DNA of 20,706 nucleotides from positions 1 through 20,706 of the forward strand of contig JAURAC010000042.1 of the NCBI GenBank assembly GCA_030586555.1. Reading direction: 5' to 3'. This document shows, in pieces, positions 9,903 to 19,152 of the stretch (its first letter is position 1; the number at the start of each line of letters is the position of its first letter). Made by a program: the position numbers and the translations under genes. Source of the stretch: Candidatus Subterrananammoxibius californiae (GTDB taxonomy: Bacteria; Planctomycetota; Brocadiia; Brocadiales; Subterrananammoxibiaceae). The notes beneath the pieces were generated by a model. It was given only the letters and a program-made list of their open reading frames with translations. It searched no databases and had not been told where the DNA came from.

Positions 9903-11021
9903 TTATCCTTCGACTATTTCGCCAGATACAGGAACATCTATAATCGGTTGTATTTCACTATTGGTATATATTTTTAATATACCATTTATTTCCCCGGCAG
10001 GTGCATCTTTTTTTATTTTAATAAACACTCTAAGGGTTACGTTTCCCTTTACATCATTATTGTGAGGTTCTGTCAAAAGTTCTGAAACTAAAAAACCAGG
10101 TTGAACTTCAATTTTATTAATCCGGATATTCTTCTTTAATAAGGTAATAAATACAGATTTTCCGCATTCGCGAGTTCTATTGATACTACCGAAATATAAA
10201 CAGTACGGGTATACATGGACGTCTCCAAGTACCTCTCCGGTAAAAGGAACTATCACCTGTCTTTGTCTCTCACTGTTCGTGTGTATATAGAGATTGCCTG
10301 TCCACACACCGATCATTGTATTATCTTTTAATGTAGCTTCAACAACATATTTATTCTTTTGTTTATCTTTCTTGTGTTTAGCGCTAACGATTGGATTCGA
10401 CGATAGTACCTCTTTTACTTCTAAATTAAACCCCGGACGTGGTTGGACCTCTATTTCAGCATGTGCTTTTTCACCCAGAGAAACATATCCAAATTTTATC
10501 TGACGTGGACGTATTGTAATATCTTCTATTATCTCACCCGATAGCTGAAGTGTATAAACTGGAGCATCGGGATCATTTGAATACACCCTGATACTTTTTG
10601 TCATGGTGCCAGTATCTGGACCGGTTCTATAGCTGACAACTATAGTTCCAGACATACCTGGAGCTACATTCGTAACAGTTGTTTCTCCTATAATACAACC
10701 GCACGAACTCTCTATCTTCTCGATTTTTAGTTCTTTTGTTCCACGATTTTGAAACACAAAAGCATGTTTTATATTTTCATATTTGTACCGTTTTCCAAAA
10801 TTATAAATTGGTCCCTCACAAAAGATGTCAGGTTGTCCCTCCACCAGCGATTTCGCATATTTCCCTTCAGTTACAGACGAATCATTGTATTTATCATCAG
10901 CGCTGCATACATTCGGGAATTCTTGTATCGATAGATAGTAAGGCTTTAAATTATCATAAATAATCCATGGAAGAAAAAATGCAATACCTATTGTTACTTT
11001 CAAAATAAGAGACATCTTCAT
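9903..11021 (-). CDS. DUF1573-type exported/membrane-anchored protein with tandem Ig-like domains
   Basis: N-terminal hydrophobic segment, then YNFG..HAFVFQNRGTKELKIEKIESSCGC..KSIRVYSNDP, the DUF1573 signature. Two further beta-sandwich-like repeats end in IHTNS..VIVPFTG and IYTNS..IDVPVSG. Confidence 0.8.
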   Translation of the reverse strand: MKMSLILKVTIGIAFFLPWIIYDNLKPYYLSIQEFPNVCSADDKYNDSSVTEGKYAKSLVEGQPDIFCEGPIYNFGKRYKYENIKHAFVFQNRGTKELKIEKIESSCGCIIGETTVTNVAPGMSGTIVVSYRTGPDTGTMTKSIRVYSNDPDAPVYTLQLSGEIIEDITIRPRQIKFGYVSLGEKAHAEIEVQPRPGFNLEVKEVLSSNPIVSAKHKKDKQKNKYVVEATLKDNTMIGVWTGNLYIHTNSERQRQVIVPFTGEVLGDVHVYPYCLYFGSINRTRECGKSVFITLLKKNIRINKIEVQPGFLVSELLTEPHNNDVKGNVTLRVFIKIKKDAPAGEINGILKIYTNSEIQPIIDVPVSGEIVEG

Positions 11022-11048
11022 TGTTGGACAGGTGAAACACTATTCCAT

Positions 11049-12782
11049 TTAACTAATTGCGACTGATCCCTCTTCACCGGTTCTGATGCGGATAATAGCC
11101 TTCGCGTCATAGATGAATATTTTCCCATCGCCAAAAGAACCCGTCTTCGCTGATTGAATAATGGCATTTACAATTTTATTAATATCTGATTTTTCCGCAA
11201 TAATTTCAATCTTTGTCTTCGGAAGGAGGTCTAATTTATATTTTTCTCCCCGCCATTGTTGCGTAATGCCTTTTTGTATACCATGACCATCTATCTGCGA
11301 AACCATAATACCTGGATACCCTACCTTTTCAAGGGCATTTCTTACAAATTCAAGTCTTTCCGGTCGAATAACTGCTTCTATCTTTTGAACTGCAGTATCT
11401 CCCTTGGGAAAATCTTTGACAGGGCGTTGCAATTCCTCTTCTGAGATGTCGACCATTTCCGCTGATACTGTCGAGTAAAATGTATCACCCGTCCGTTTCA
11501 TCACAAAGTCAGGATATGCAACATTACCATGTTCTCCAATATCAAGACCTTCTAATTCTTCACTGATATTGACCCGTATTCCTATCGTATATTTCAACAT
11601 GAGCCAGAAAATACCGGATAATAGAAAAGTGAACACAGCAACAGACCATACACCCAAAAATTGTATGCCTAAAAGAGACCCGCCTCCTCCAAAAAACAAT
11701 CCATTTCCAACACGTCCAGGCAAATACTGCTCCTGCGCAAAGAGTCCCACGCATATGGTACCGAAGATACCATTAACCAGATGCACTGATAAAGCACCAA
11801 CAGGGTCATCTATCCTCACCCGATCAAAGAACATGACAGATAAAACAACTAACCAGCCTGCAACAAACCCTATAATGGCAGCACTGGGAACATTCACAAC
11901 AGCGCATGGTGCGGTTATGGCAACAAGCCCGCCTAAACATCCGTTAATTGTCATCCCCAGATCAGGTTTTTTCAAAATAATCCAGGAAGCAAATGTGGAT
12001 CCCAAAATAGCCGTACATGCAGCTATATTTGTTGTAAGCGCTACATGAGTAATTAATCCCGGATTAGCGGACATGGTACTCCCCACATTAAAACCGAACC
12101 AGCCAATCCATAACGCAAACACACCAATCAAGGCTAAAGGCATGCTGTGTCCAGGAATTATTGTAATAGAGCGATTTATATTATATTTCCCAAAACGAGG
12201 GCCTAAAAGCAAAACGCCTGATAGTGCAGCCCATCCACCAACCGAATGAACAACCGTTGATCCGGCAAAATCGAACATCCCTTTCTCTGCTAACCATCCA
12301 TTGCCCCAAACCCAATGACCCGCAACTGGATATACGAAGGAAACCATGAGAAATGAAAAAATTATAAATGCGCTGTATTTCATACGCTCCGCAACGACAC
12401 CGGACACAATACTGGCGGCAACCATTGCAAATTTCATCTGAAAGAAAAACTTTCCAGCCAGAGGAATACTAATCCAGCTTAGTGCAGAATATACTCCATT
12501 ATAAGTGTTTCCAGATGCCGGACTATTGTCCAATCCACTCATAAACATAATGCCTTTTAATCCAAATATTGGATTGCCATCGCCAAACATGAGTCCAAAA
12601 CCAAATACCCAAAATGAAATCGTTGCTATGGCAACAACGATAAAGTTTTTAGAAAGAATATTTACACAATTCTTGGCACGGGTAAAACCACTTTCCAGGC
12701 AGGCGAAACCCAGTCCCATAAAAAAAATAAGTATGGCCGCAATAACCGTCCATAAGGTATCCATAACAACTTGCGGATCCAT
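11049..12782 (-). CDS. amt: Ammonium transporter (Amt) fused to a C-terminal PII (GlnK/GlnB) domain
   Basis: Amt motifs FFFQMKFA, HWVWGNGW, DFAGSTVVH, WIGWFGFN and DDPVGALSVH (twin His intact). The last ~113 aa form a full PII domain (KIEAVIRP, GHGIQKG, RGEKY, LLPKTKIE, TGSFGDGKIF, RIRTGE) in the same frame with no stop. Confidence 0.95.
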   Translation of the reverse strand: MDPQVVMDTLWTVIAAILIFFMGLGFACLESGFTRAKNCVNILSKNFIVVAIATISFWVFGFGLMFGDGNPIFGLKGIMFMSGLDNSPASGNTYNGVYSALSWISIPLAGKFFFQMKFAMVAASIVSGVVAERMKYSAFIIFSFLMVSFVYPVAGHWVWGNGWLAEKGMFDFAGSTVVHSVGGWAALSGVLLLGPRFGKYNINRSITIIPGHSMPLALIGVFALWIGWFGFNVGSTMSANPGLITHVALTTNIAACTAILGSTFASWIILKKPDLGMTINGCLGGLVAITAPCAVVNVPSAAIIGFVAGWLVVLSVMFFDRVRIDDPVGALSVHLVNGIFGTICVGLFAQEQYLPGRVGNGLFFGGGGSLLGIQFLGVWSVAVFTFLLSGIFWLMLKYTIGIRVNISEELEGLDIGEHGNVAYPDFVMKRTGDTFYSTVSAEMVDISEEELQRPVKDFPKGDTAVQKIEAVIRPERLEFVRNALEKVGYPGIMVSQIDGHGIQKGITQQWRGEKYKLDLLPKTKIEIIAEKSDINKIVNAIIQSAKTGSFGDGKIFIYDAKAIIRIRTGEEGSVAIS

Positions 12783-12864
12783 AATATAAGCTCCTTAATA
12801 AATTTTATGATGAAAAATAATATTGTACTTCCACTGAAAAGAGTATTCTGGCTGTCCCCGTTGA

Positions 12865-13560
12865 CTAAACCGTTAAATGTTCTTTAACAGAGTCTATACT
12901 TGTCCCTTGCGTTGGCCCTTTTGCTACAACCGAACCTTTAGCCATAATATAGTAGTAATCGGCAACACGCCAGGCAAATTCCAGATACTGCTCTACCATT
13001 AAAATAGCAATAGTGCCTCTTTCTTTGATACGCTGAATCACATTTTCAATATCTAAAATAATCGAAGGCTGTATTCCTTCTGTGGGTTCATCGAGGACTA
13101 AAAGTTTTGGATTCATGGCTAACGCACGTCCAATAGCCAATTGCTGTTGCTGTCCACCGCTGAGATCTCCTCCCTTTCTGCCCAGCATGCTTTTCAACAC
13201 GGGAAATAATTCATAAATATCATTTGGTACGCTAAGAAGATTATCTTTTCTCGCTTCCAGTCCCACTAAAAGATTTTCATGCACCGTAAGAAAAGGAAAT
13301 ATTTCCCGCCCTTGCGGAACAAGACCAATGCCTAACTTTGCCCTTTGATACGGTGGCAGCGCAGTAACCTCCTGATTATCAAAATAAATCTTTCCCTTGC
13401 GGGCGGGAAGTATCCCCACTACTCCTTTCAGCAGCGTGGTCTTTCCAACCCCATTCCGTCCCAGCAGGCAAACAATCTGACCTGGCGCAACTTCCAAATC
13501 GACATCGTGGAGTACATGACTCTCTCCGTAGTAAACATTCAGATGGTCAACCTTTAACAT
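12865..13560 (-). CDS. urtE: Urea ABC transporter ATP-binding subunit UrtE
   Basis: Walker A GRNGVGKT, signature LSGGQQQQ, LDEPTEGIQPSII and VPQGREIFP (UrtE/LivF type). Confidence 0.95.
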   Translation of the reverse strand: MLKVDHLNVYYGESHVLHDVDLEVAPGQIVCLLGRNGVGKTTLLKGVVGILPARKGKIYFDNQEVTALPPYQRAKLGIGLVPQGREIFPFLTVHENLLVGLEARKDNLLSVPNDIYELFPVLKSMLGRKGGDLSGGQQQQLAIGRALAMNPKLLVLDEPTEGIQPSIILDIENVIQRIKERGTIAILMVEQYLEFAWRVADYYYIMAKGSVVAKGPTQGTSIDSVKEHLTV

Positions 13561-13563
13561 AAG

Positions 13564-14331
13564 CTATTTTCCCCTCCCTAAGTATTTTTCTATGACCCGC
13601 GTGTCATTTTGAACCTCATCCATTGACCCTTCGCATAAGACCATACCTTCATGCAACACGGTTATGGTATGTGCTATTTGTCTCACAAACTCCATATCAT
13701 GCTCAATCACAAGAATTGAGTGACTTTTGGCAATCGTTTGAAGAAGTTCTACGGTTTTTTCAGTTTCTTTATTAGACATGCCTGCAACAGGTTCATCAAT
13801 CAAGAGCAACTCCGGGTCCTGAGCTATGACCATTCCAATCTCAACCCATTGCTTTTCACCATGAGAAAGAGAACCAGTCTTTTCATCGGCTTTCTCGGCT
13901 AATCCAATGGTTTCTAAAATTGAAAATATTTTCTCATAATCTGTATCTGTCTTTAACATAAATAAGGTGGAAAGCACCCCTTTATTTTTTCGTAAAGACA
14001 GCTCAAAATTTTCAAACAATGTGAGGTTCGTAAATACAGAAGGTGCCTGGAATTTTCTGCCAATCCTCATTTTTACAATTTCATGTTCCTTCAATCCTGT
14101 AATATTTATGTCGTTCTCTCCAAAAATTACCCGTCCTTTAATGGGTTTTACCTTACCGCAAATCACGTCTAATAATGTCGTTTTCCCGGCTCCATTTGGC
14201 CCAATAACAACACGAAGTTCACCATAGTTCATGTAGAAATTCAAATCCCGCAAAGCAATAAAACCATCGAAGCTGACCGTTACATTCTCTACGTATAAAA
14301 TCGTTTTTTCATGCATAATCATAAATATCAC
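13564..14331 (-). CDS. urtD: Urea ABC transporter ATP-binding subunit UrtD
   Basis: VSFDGF.AL, GPNGAGKT, GRKFQAP, LSHGEKQWVEIGM, DEPVAGM and IEHDM. The GTG start overlaps the urtC stop; the true start may be a few codons downstream. Confidence 0.95.
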   Translation of the reverse strand: MIFMIMHEKTILYVENVTVSFDGFIALRDLNFYMNYGELRVVIGPNGAGKTTLLDVICGKVKPIKGRVIFGENDINITGLKEHEIVKMRIGRKFQAPSVFTNLTLFENFELSLRKNKGVLSTLFMLKTDTDYEKIFSILETIGLAEKADEKTGSLSHGEKQWVEIGMVIAQDPELLLIDEPVAGMSNKETEKTVELLQTIAKSHSILVIEHDMEFVRQIAHTITVLHEGMVLCEGSMDEVQNDTRVIEKYLGRGK

Positions 14332-15443
14332 TTCCTACTTCTAAATTGGAGTTGTTTAAACAATCCCATGCATCCCTTGGGGAAAAAAACAACGACACCG
14401 ACAAACAAAGCCCCTAAAAAGTACAGCCATACACCGGGGAAAGATTCGCTCAAGCCACTTTTTGCAGAATTCACGAGAAGCGCTCCCAATACAGCGCCAA
14501 CAAGTGTGCCCCTTCCACCAACAGCAACCCACAGCACCATCTCAATTGAAGGCACAATCCCTACGTTAGACGGAGATATAATTTCTGCTTGTGGTACAAA
14601 AAGGGCTCCGGCAATACCTGCTAAAGCGGCAGAGAGACAAAACACAAATATCCTGAAATTTGCCGTGTCATAACCTGAAAACCGGACCCGTTTTTCATCG
14701 TCTCTGATGGCCGTCAGCACCCTGCCTAATTTAGAACGTGTTATCCAACGGCACAGCATATAAACTCCTATAAGGATAAGTACCGTTGCCACGTAAAGGC
14801 CTAATTGAGTTTTTGGTAAATCAGGGCCCCTGAGTGGAAATCCAAAAATACTCCTGAAATCATTTAACCCGTTTGTTCCACCGGTATATGGTTGCTGGCC
14901 AATGAGGGTAATGGAAAACACCAGGGCAAGCGCCTGTGTTACTATGGAAAAATATACCCCGCCTACACGACTTTTGAATGTCATATAACCGAGCGCTAAC
15001 GCGCACACCATGGGAACGATGAAAATACACGGTATAACTACCCAGGCATGATACATGGGTTTCCAGAACCAGGGGAGTTCCGTGAGTCCATTCCAGACCA
15101 TGAAATCAGGCAAATTACTTTCATAGTGTCCGGCAGTGCCTACTTTGAGCAAGAGGTACATGGCCATACAATATCCTCCGAGTCCAAAAAACACCCCATG
15201 CCCCAGGCTTAAAATACCCGTATAACCCCAAATCATGTCTATTCCCAATGCTAAGATAGCCAGCGCCATAAATTTCCCAAGCAAGTTCAAGCGAAAATTG
15301 GATACCCAAAACCGTGAATTTTCACCAGGTAGTACATTAAGTAAGGGAAGTAATATCAGGAATACAGAAACAATCATTCCCATAATAAACCATTCGTTCC
15401 TCCAGACAGCCTTTTTGTAATCAATGCTCATATCCCTACCCAT
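14328..15443 (-). CDS. urtC: Urea ABC transporter permease UrtC
   Basis: WGYTGILSLGHGVFFGLGGY, LPDFMVWNG..ELPWFW, GVYFSIVTQA, TGGTNG and WVAVGGRGTL. Start placed at ATG 15443 (GGAGG SD) rather than the track's TTG 15473. Confidence 0.94.
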   Translation of the reverse strand: MGRDMSIDYKKAVWRNEWFIMGMIVSVFLILLPLLNVLPGENSRFWVSNFRLNLLGKFMALAILALGIDMIWGYTGILSLGHGVFFGLGGYCMAMYLLLKVGTAGHYESNLPDFMVWNGLTELPWFWKPMYHAWVVIPCIFIVPMVCALALGYMTFKSRVGGVYFSIVTQALALVFSITLIGQQPYTGGTNGLNDFRSIFGFPLRGPDLPKTQLGLYVATVLILIGVYMLCRWITRSKLGRVLTAIRDDEKRVRFSGYDTANFRIFVFCLSAALAGIAGALFVPQAEIISPSNVGIVPSIEMVLWVAVGGRGTLVGAVLGALLVNSAKSGLSESFPGVWLYFLGALFVGVVVFFPKGCMGLFKQLQFRSRK

Positions 15444-15484
15444 GTGTGCCTCCAGATAATCTTTTTTAATCAAAATTAATATCC

Positions 15485-17044
15485 TTAATTACGCCCTCTT
15501 GATGCGGAAAAGCCTGTTGGCTTAAACCGTAAAAATATAATAACCAAAAGAAATACAAGAACTTTACCCATACTTGCCGTTGTAAAGAATTCAAAAATAG
15601 AATTAGTTTCACCCATTCCAAAGGCGCCTGCAATAGAACCCACAATCTTGCCAACTCCACCAAGAACAACCACCATGAAACAATCAACGATGTAATTCTG
15701 GCCAGTCGATGGGCCCACCGAACCTAGCAAACTTATATTGCAACCGGCAATTCCAGCCAATCCCGACCCAAGCGCAAAGGTAAAGGCATCTATTTTACGA
15801 ACGGGAATCCCCAAGCAATCGCTCATGGTACGGTTCTGCATCACCGCCCTGATCTTTAACCCTAGGCGCGTGCGTAAAAGTAAAAAGTATATCCCCGCAA
15901 CAATTAACGCTGTAAAACCAATAATAAATACCCGCTTATAAGGCAATTGAAGGCCCGCCATCACAGGAATTCCTCCCGTAAGCCACACGGGACTCGCAAC
16001 GTCCACGTTATTAGCGCCGAATATTTGTCTCACGAGTTGCTGAAGAATTAAGCTAACACCCCATGTCGCCAACAACGTATCGAGCGCCCGGCCATACAAT
16101 AAACGAATAACTGTCCCCTCCAATAATAAGCCAAAAAGCGCTGTAACGATAAATGATACTGGCAACGCCAGCAAAAAATAGAGTCCAAAAATACCTTCGC
16201 TAAAGTAATTTTTAAAACACAACTGTATCACATAAGAAACATAACATCCCAGCATCATAAACTCACCATGAGCCATGTTAATGACCCCCATGACTCCAAA
16301 GGTAATTGCCAGACCGATAGCAATGAGGAGGTATATTGTACTGACACTTACACCGTTAAAGAGTTGCTGAATTACGGTGGCAATTTGTTGTTTCTTTTCT
16401 ATTTTATCGATTGTTTTTTTCAACGCATTTTTTACATCTTCGTCCTTTTCTTTTTCTTGCGCCCTTCCCAAGTACATAATCGTATCAGGATTACCCAATT
16501 TACCGAGAAATTCAGCCGCTTCTTTCCGTACAATTTGATCTTTGTCTAACAGTTTAATTTTTTGTATTGCCTCTACAATTACGCCCTTTACTTTCTCATC
16601 CTTTTCCATGTCTAAGGCTTTGCTCAGAGAGGAAAGGATATCCGCGCTATCCTGTTCTCCTAACTTAATTCGTCCAAATAAGGAGGCTCCCTCCACATCA
16701 AAAGTATCCAAAGCAAAATTTACCTCTCCTTTATTACCCAACACCTCTGCGGCAGATTTTCTAACTGCTGTATTGCTATCCAATAATTTGATTCTATTTA
16801 AGGCAATTTCTATCAAATAATTTACCTCTTCATCCGATTCCGTACTCCACAAATTGTTCAATGCCTCCAAGGCCTTTTGGTCTTCCAGGTTCCCAAGTTC
16901 CCTGACGGCATTTTTTTTAACCTCTTTGTCCTGATCTGACAGCATCGAGATTAACCTGTCTGCTTCTTTAGATGGAGCTTCTGAATAAGCCACGTTACCA
17001 AATCCCACTGCTAAAATAAGACACAATACAATTACTATTTTCAT
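15485..17044 (-). CDS. urtB: Urea ABC transporter permease UrtB with an N-terminal signal peptide and HEAT-repeat domain
   Basis: C-terminal LAITFGVMGVINMAHGEF, DTLLATWG.SL.LQQ and YIVDCFMVVVLGG. N-terminal HEAT repeats (D.D..VRK.AAE.LG). Start placed at ATG 17044 (MKIVIVLCL..., GGGAG SD). Confidence 0.93.
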   Translation of the reverse strand: MKIVIVLCLILAVGFGNVAYSEAPSKEADRLISMLSDQDKEVKKNAVRELGNLEDQKALEALNNLWSTESDEEVNYLIEIALNRIKLLDSNTAVRKSAAEVLGNKGEVNFALDTFDVEGASLFGRIKLGEQDSADILSSLSKALDMEKDEKVKGVIVEAIQKIKLLDKDQIVRKEAAEFLGKLGNPDTIMYLGRAQEKEKDEDVKNALKKTIDKIEKKQQIATVIQQLFNGVSVSTIYLLIAIGLAITFGVMGVINMAHGEFMMLGCYVSYVIQLCFKNYFSEGIFGLYFLLALPVSFIVTALFGLLLEGTVIRLLYGRALDTLLATWGVSLILQQLVRQIFGANNVDVASPVWLTGGIPVMAGLQLPYKRVFIIGFTALIVAGIYFLLLRTRLGLKIRAVMQNRTMSDCLGIPVRKIDAFTFALGSGLAGIAGCNISLLGSVGPSTGQNYIVDCFMVVVLGGVGKIVGSIAGAFGMGETNSIFEFFTTASMGKVLVFLLVIIFLRFKPTGFSASRGRN

Positions 17045-17259
17045 ACTGAGAAAACTCCCATCATTTGAGTTAATAAACCGAATTTTATATTCACAGAATA
17101 AATATGTCATTAATTATATGTTGCTTAGATTATTTCCTAAATATTTAAATACGTACTGTAGATTTTAGACGTGACGAATAGCTACAATATAAAAAACTTT
17201 TTTACAAGTTTTAGTGTAGGGGGGAACACCCACTGCCTAGGTTAATTTAATTAAACTTA

Positions 17260-17325
17260 TCTAAGGTCTGCGATTTCACCAAAAGGATGGGAGTAAGCTT
17301 ATGGAAAAATTCGCAAAACCTTAGA
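17260..17325 (-). other. Long imperfect hairpin / inverted repeat in the urtA-urtB spacer
   Basis: Minus strand TCTAAGGT-T-TTGCGA-A-TTTTTCCA ... TGGTGAAA-TCGCAG-ACCTTAGA. Two of the imperfect positions are G-U pairs on the minus (transcribed) strand. Confidence 0.55.
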
Positions 17326-17461
17326 GGGATTATAAGTGCCCCCCTGATTTGATAATACCTTACTTCAACTATCAATTCGAAGTAGACTTCATCTTTGGAA
17401 ACAATTATTTTCATGCTTCAATGTATCCATGTTTTTATCTTTTCATGTATGTTCCTTTTTG

Positions 17462-17493
17462 TGTGCTACGCACTTTCGAAAGTGCGTAGCACA
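17462..17493. repeat. Perfect 32-bp palindrome downstream of urtA
   Basis: TGTGCTACGCACTTTC|GAAAGTGCGTAGCACA is exactly self-complementary. It lies 57 bp past the urtA stop and has no downstream U tract on the minus strand. Confidence 0.9.
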
Positions 17494-17550
17494 TCCACAT
17501 GGTAAAGCATTGTCCCTGCCTGCAACACTACGTCTTTTAAAGATTGCCCC

Positions 17551-19044
17551 CTAGATACTACCTGTAGAAAAGAGTTTTTTCATATTTTCCAAAAACCTAT
17601 CTAACTTATTTTCTAAATCGTAGACCTTCTCTTCAATAGAATCTAACCTTTTGTTAACAGCGTCTTCTCCACCTGACGTTGATTTTGGTTCATCAGCCTC
17701 TTTTACAACGCTTGCAACCTTTAATATTTCATAATCGCTGCCTCTCGTCTTTGGATCGATAGTAATTGTTCCACCTTTGGATTGAGCACAATCTTTGTCT
17801 GGATTCGTGAATCGACTCCAAGGCATAGGCCTCACAGGTCCCGGCGTCTTCCACACAACCTTGAACTGTCCGTTTTTCAAAATTTGGCCAATCTGCACAA
17901 TTTTCCAATAATGTTGATTCTCTGGGTCGAGCCTGACCAACCCTTCTGGCGCCTGCATTTCAAGATTTCTCGCAGCTTCACGAATGGCGTCAACATCGGT
18001 TGATTGCGCTGCTTCTACTGCCATTGCCCATATTTTTACATTGATATATTGCGCCTCGATAGGATCATCGGTAACACGATCATTTCCAAAACGAGCCTTA
18101 AAATTCTCTACAAATACCGTATTTTCTGGTGTACTCATACTCTGGAAATAATTCCATACAGCGTAATGACCTTCCGTCAATTCACCGCCAATACCGCGAA
18201 GTTCGTCTTCGGCAATGCTCACGGACATGACAGGAATGTCCTTTGCCGTAATTCCTGCATCTCTCAGTTGTTTAAAAAAAGCCACATTGCTGTCACCATT
18301 AACGGTATTGAATATCACATCAGGCTTTGCCGCTTTTATCTTATTTACCACGGTAGAATATTCCATATGACCAAGAGGGGTGTACTCCTCTCCAACGAGC
18401 ACGCCGCCTTCCGCCTTCAGTTGCGCTTTGATAATCATGTTTGTTGTTCTGGGAAATACATAATCAGAACCCAACAGGTAAAATCTTTTTTTACCCTGTT
18501 TTAAAAGCCACGACACGGCTGGGCATGTCTGCTGGTTTGGTGTGGCTCCTGAATAAATTACATTTTTGGAACATTCATTCCCTTCATATTGGACAGGATA
18601 CCACAGAAGGTGGTTGTACTTTTCGAATACGGGAAGAACCGCTTTCCGGCTAGCAGAAGTCCAGCAGCCGAAAACAGAACACACCCTATCTTGCAGGATA
18701 AGTTTTTTAGCCTTTTCGGCGAACGTAGGCCAATCAGATGCGGGATCCTCTACAACAGGAACAACCTTTCTTCCCCCTAAAAGACCACCTTCGGCATTAA
18801 TCTCATCAATAGCCATTAAAACAACGTCATGAAGCGAAACTTCGCTAATGGCCATGGTGCCGCTTAAAGAATGTAATACCCCAACCTTGATTGGTTCCTT
18901 TTCTTCTGCATTAAGTACTTGGAACCCAATAAACATTCCCATACCAAGAATAACCGCAACAGTAAGAGCCATTCTTTGGGTACTTCGTAAAAAATTTATC
19001 CATCCAAAAGATGGTATCTTTCTACTTTTTGTTTTGCTAAACAT
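17551..19044 (-). CDS. urtA: Urea ABC transporter substrate-binding protein UrtA with an extra C-terminal coiled-coil tail
   Basis: [72 protein letters not shown] and AVWNYFQS. Start placed at ATG 19044 after GAGGAGGAGG. About 60 extra C-terminal residues (linker plus heptad helix). Confidence 0.95.
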   Translation of the reverse strand: MFSKTKSRKIPSFGWINFLRSTQRMALTVAVILGMGMFIGFQVLNAEEKEPIKVGVLHSLSGTMAISEVSLHDVVLMAIDEINAEGGLLGGRKVVPVVEDPASDWPTFAEKAKKLILQDRVCSVFGCWTSASRKAVLPVFEKYNHLLWYPVQYEGNECSKNVIYSGATPNQQTCPAVSWLLKQGKKRFYLLGSDYVFPRTTNMIIKAQLKAEGGVLVGEEYTPLGHMEYSTVVNKIKAAKPDVIFNTVNGDSNVAFFKQLRDAGITAKDIPVMSVSIAEDELRGIGGELTEGHYAVWNYFQSMSTPENTVFVENFKARFGNDRVTDDPIEAQYINVKIWAMAVEAAQSTDVDAIREAARNLEMQAPEGLVRLDPENQHYWKIVQIGQILKNGQFKVVWKTPGPVRPMPWSRFTNPDKDCAQSKGGTITIDPKTRGSDYEILKVASVVKEADEPKSTSGGEDAVNKRLDSIEEKVYDLENKLDRFLENMKKLFSTGSI

Positions 19045-19083
19045 CTTATTCCTCCTCCTCATTACAAAAGGTACCATAGAACT

Positions 19084-19145
19084 GAGAAGCCTCTCCCTAC
19101 TTCGTAGGCATGTGTCCATTGAGTAAATCCCAAAAGACGCTTCTC
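19084..19145 (-). other. Putative three-way-junction RNA structure in the porin-urtA spacer
   Basis: Minus strand: P1 GAGAAGC/GCTTCTC encloses P2 GTCT-T-TTGGG(ATTTA)CTCAA-T-GGAC and P3 CCTAC(GAA)GTAGG. The wobble pairs work only on the transcribed strand. Confidence 0.4.
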
Positions 19146-19152
19146 GCATTTC

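Noticed and set aside
17216..17240. GTAGGGGGG...CCTAG segment reminiscent of a GTAG-type REP
   Set aside because: The stem is too degenerate and I saw only one copy in the window.
17247..17414. 55-codon minus-strand ORF in the urtA-urtB spacer (MKIIVSKDEVYFELIVEV...)
   Set aside because: No clear SD, no recognisable motif, and it overlaps a hairpin; insufficient support.
19045..19149. N-terminal 35-codon extension of UrtA given by the ORF track
   Set aside because: A strong SD precedes ATG 19044 and the extension covers a structured spacer; it is probably not translated.
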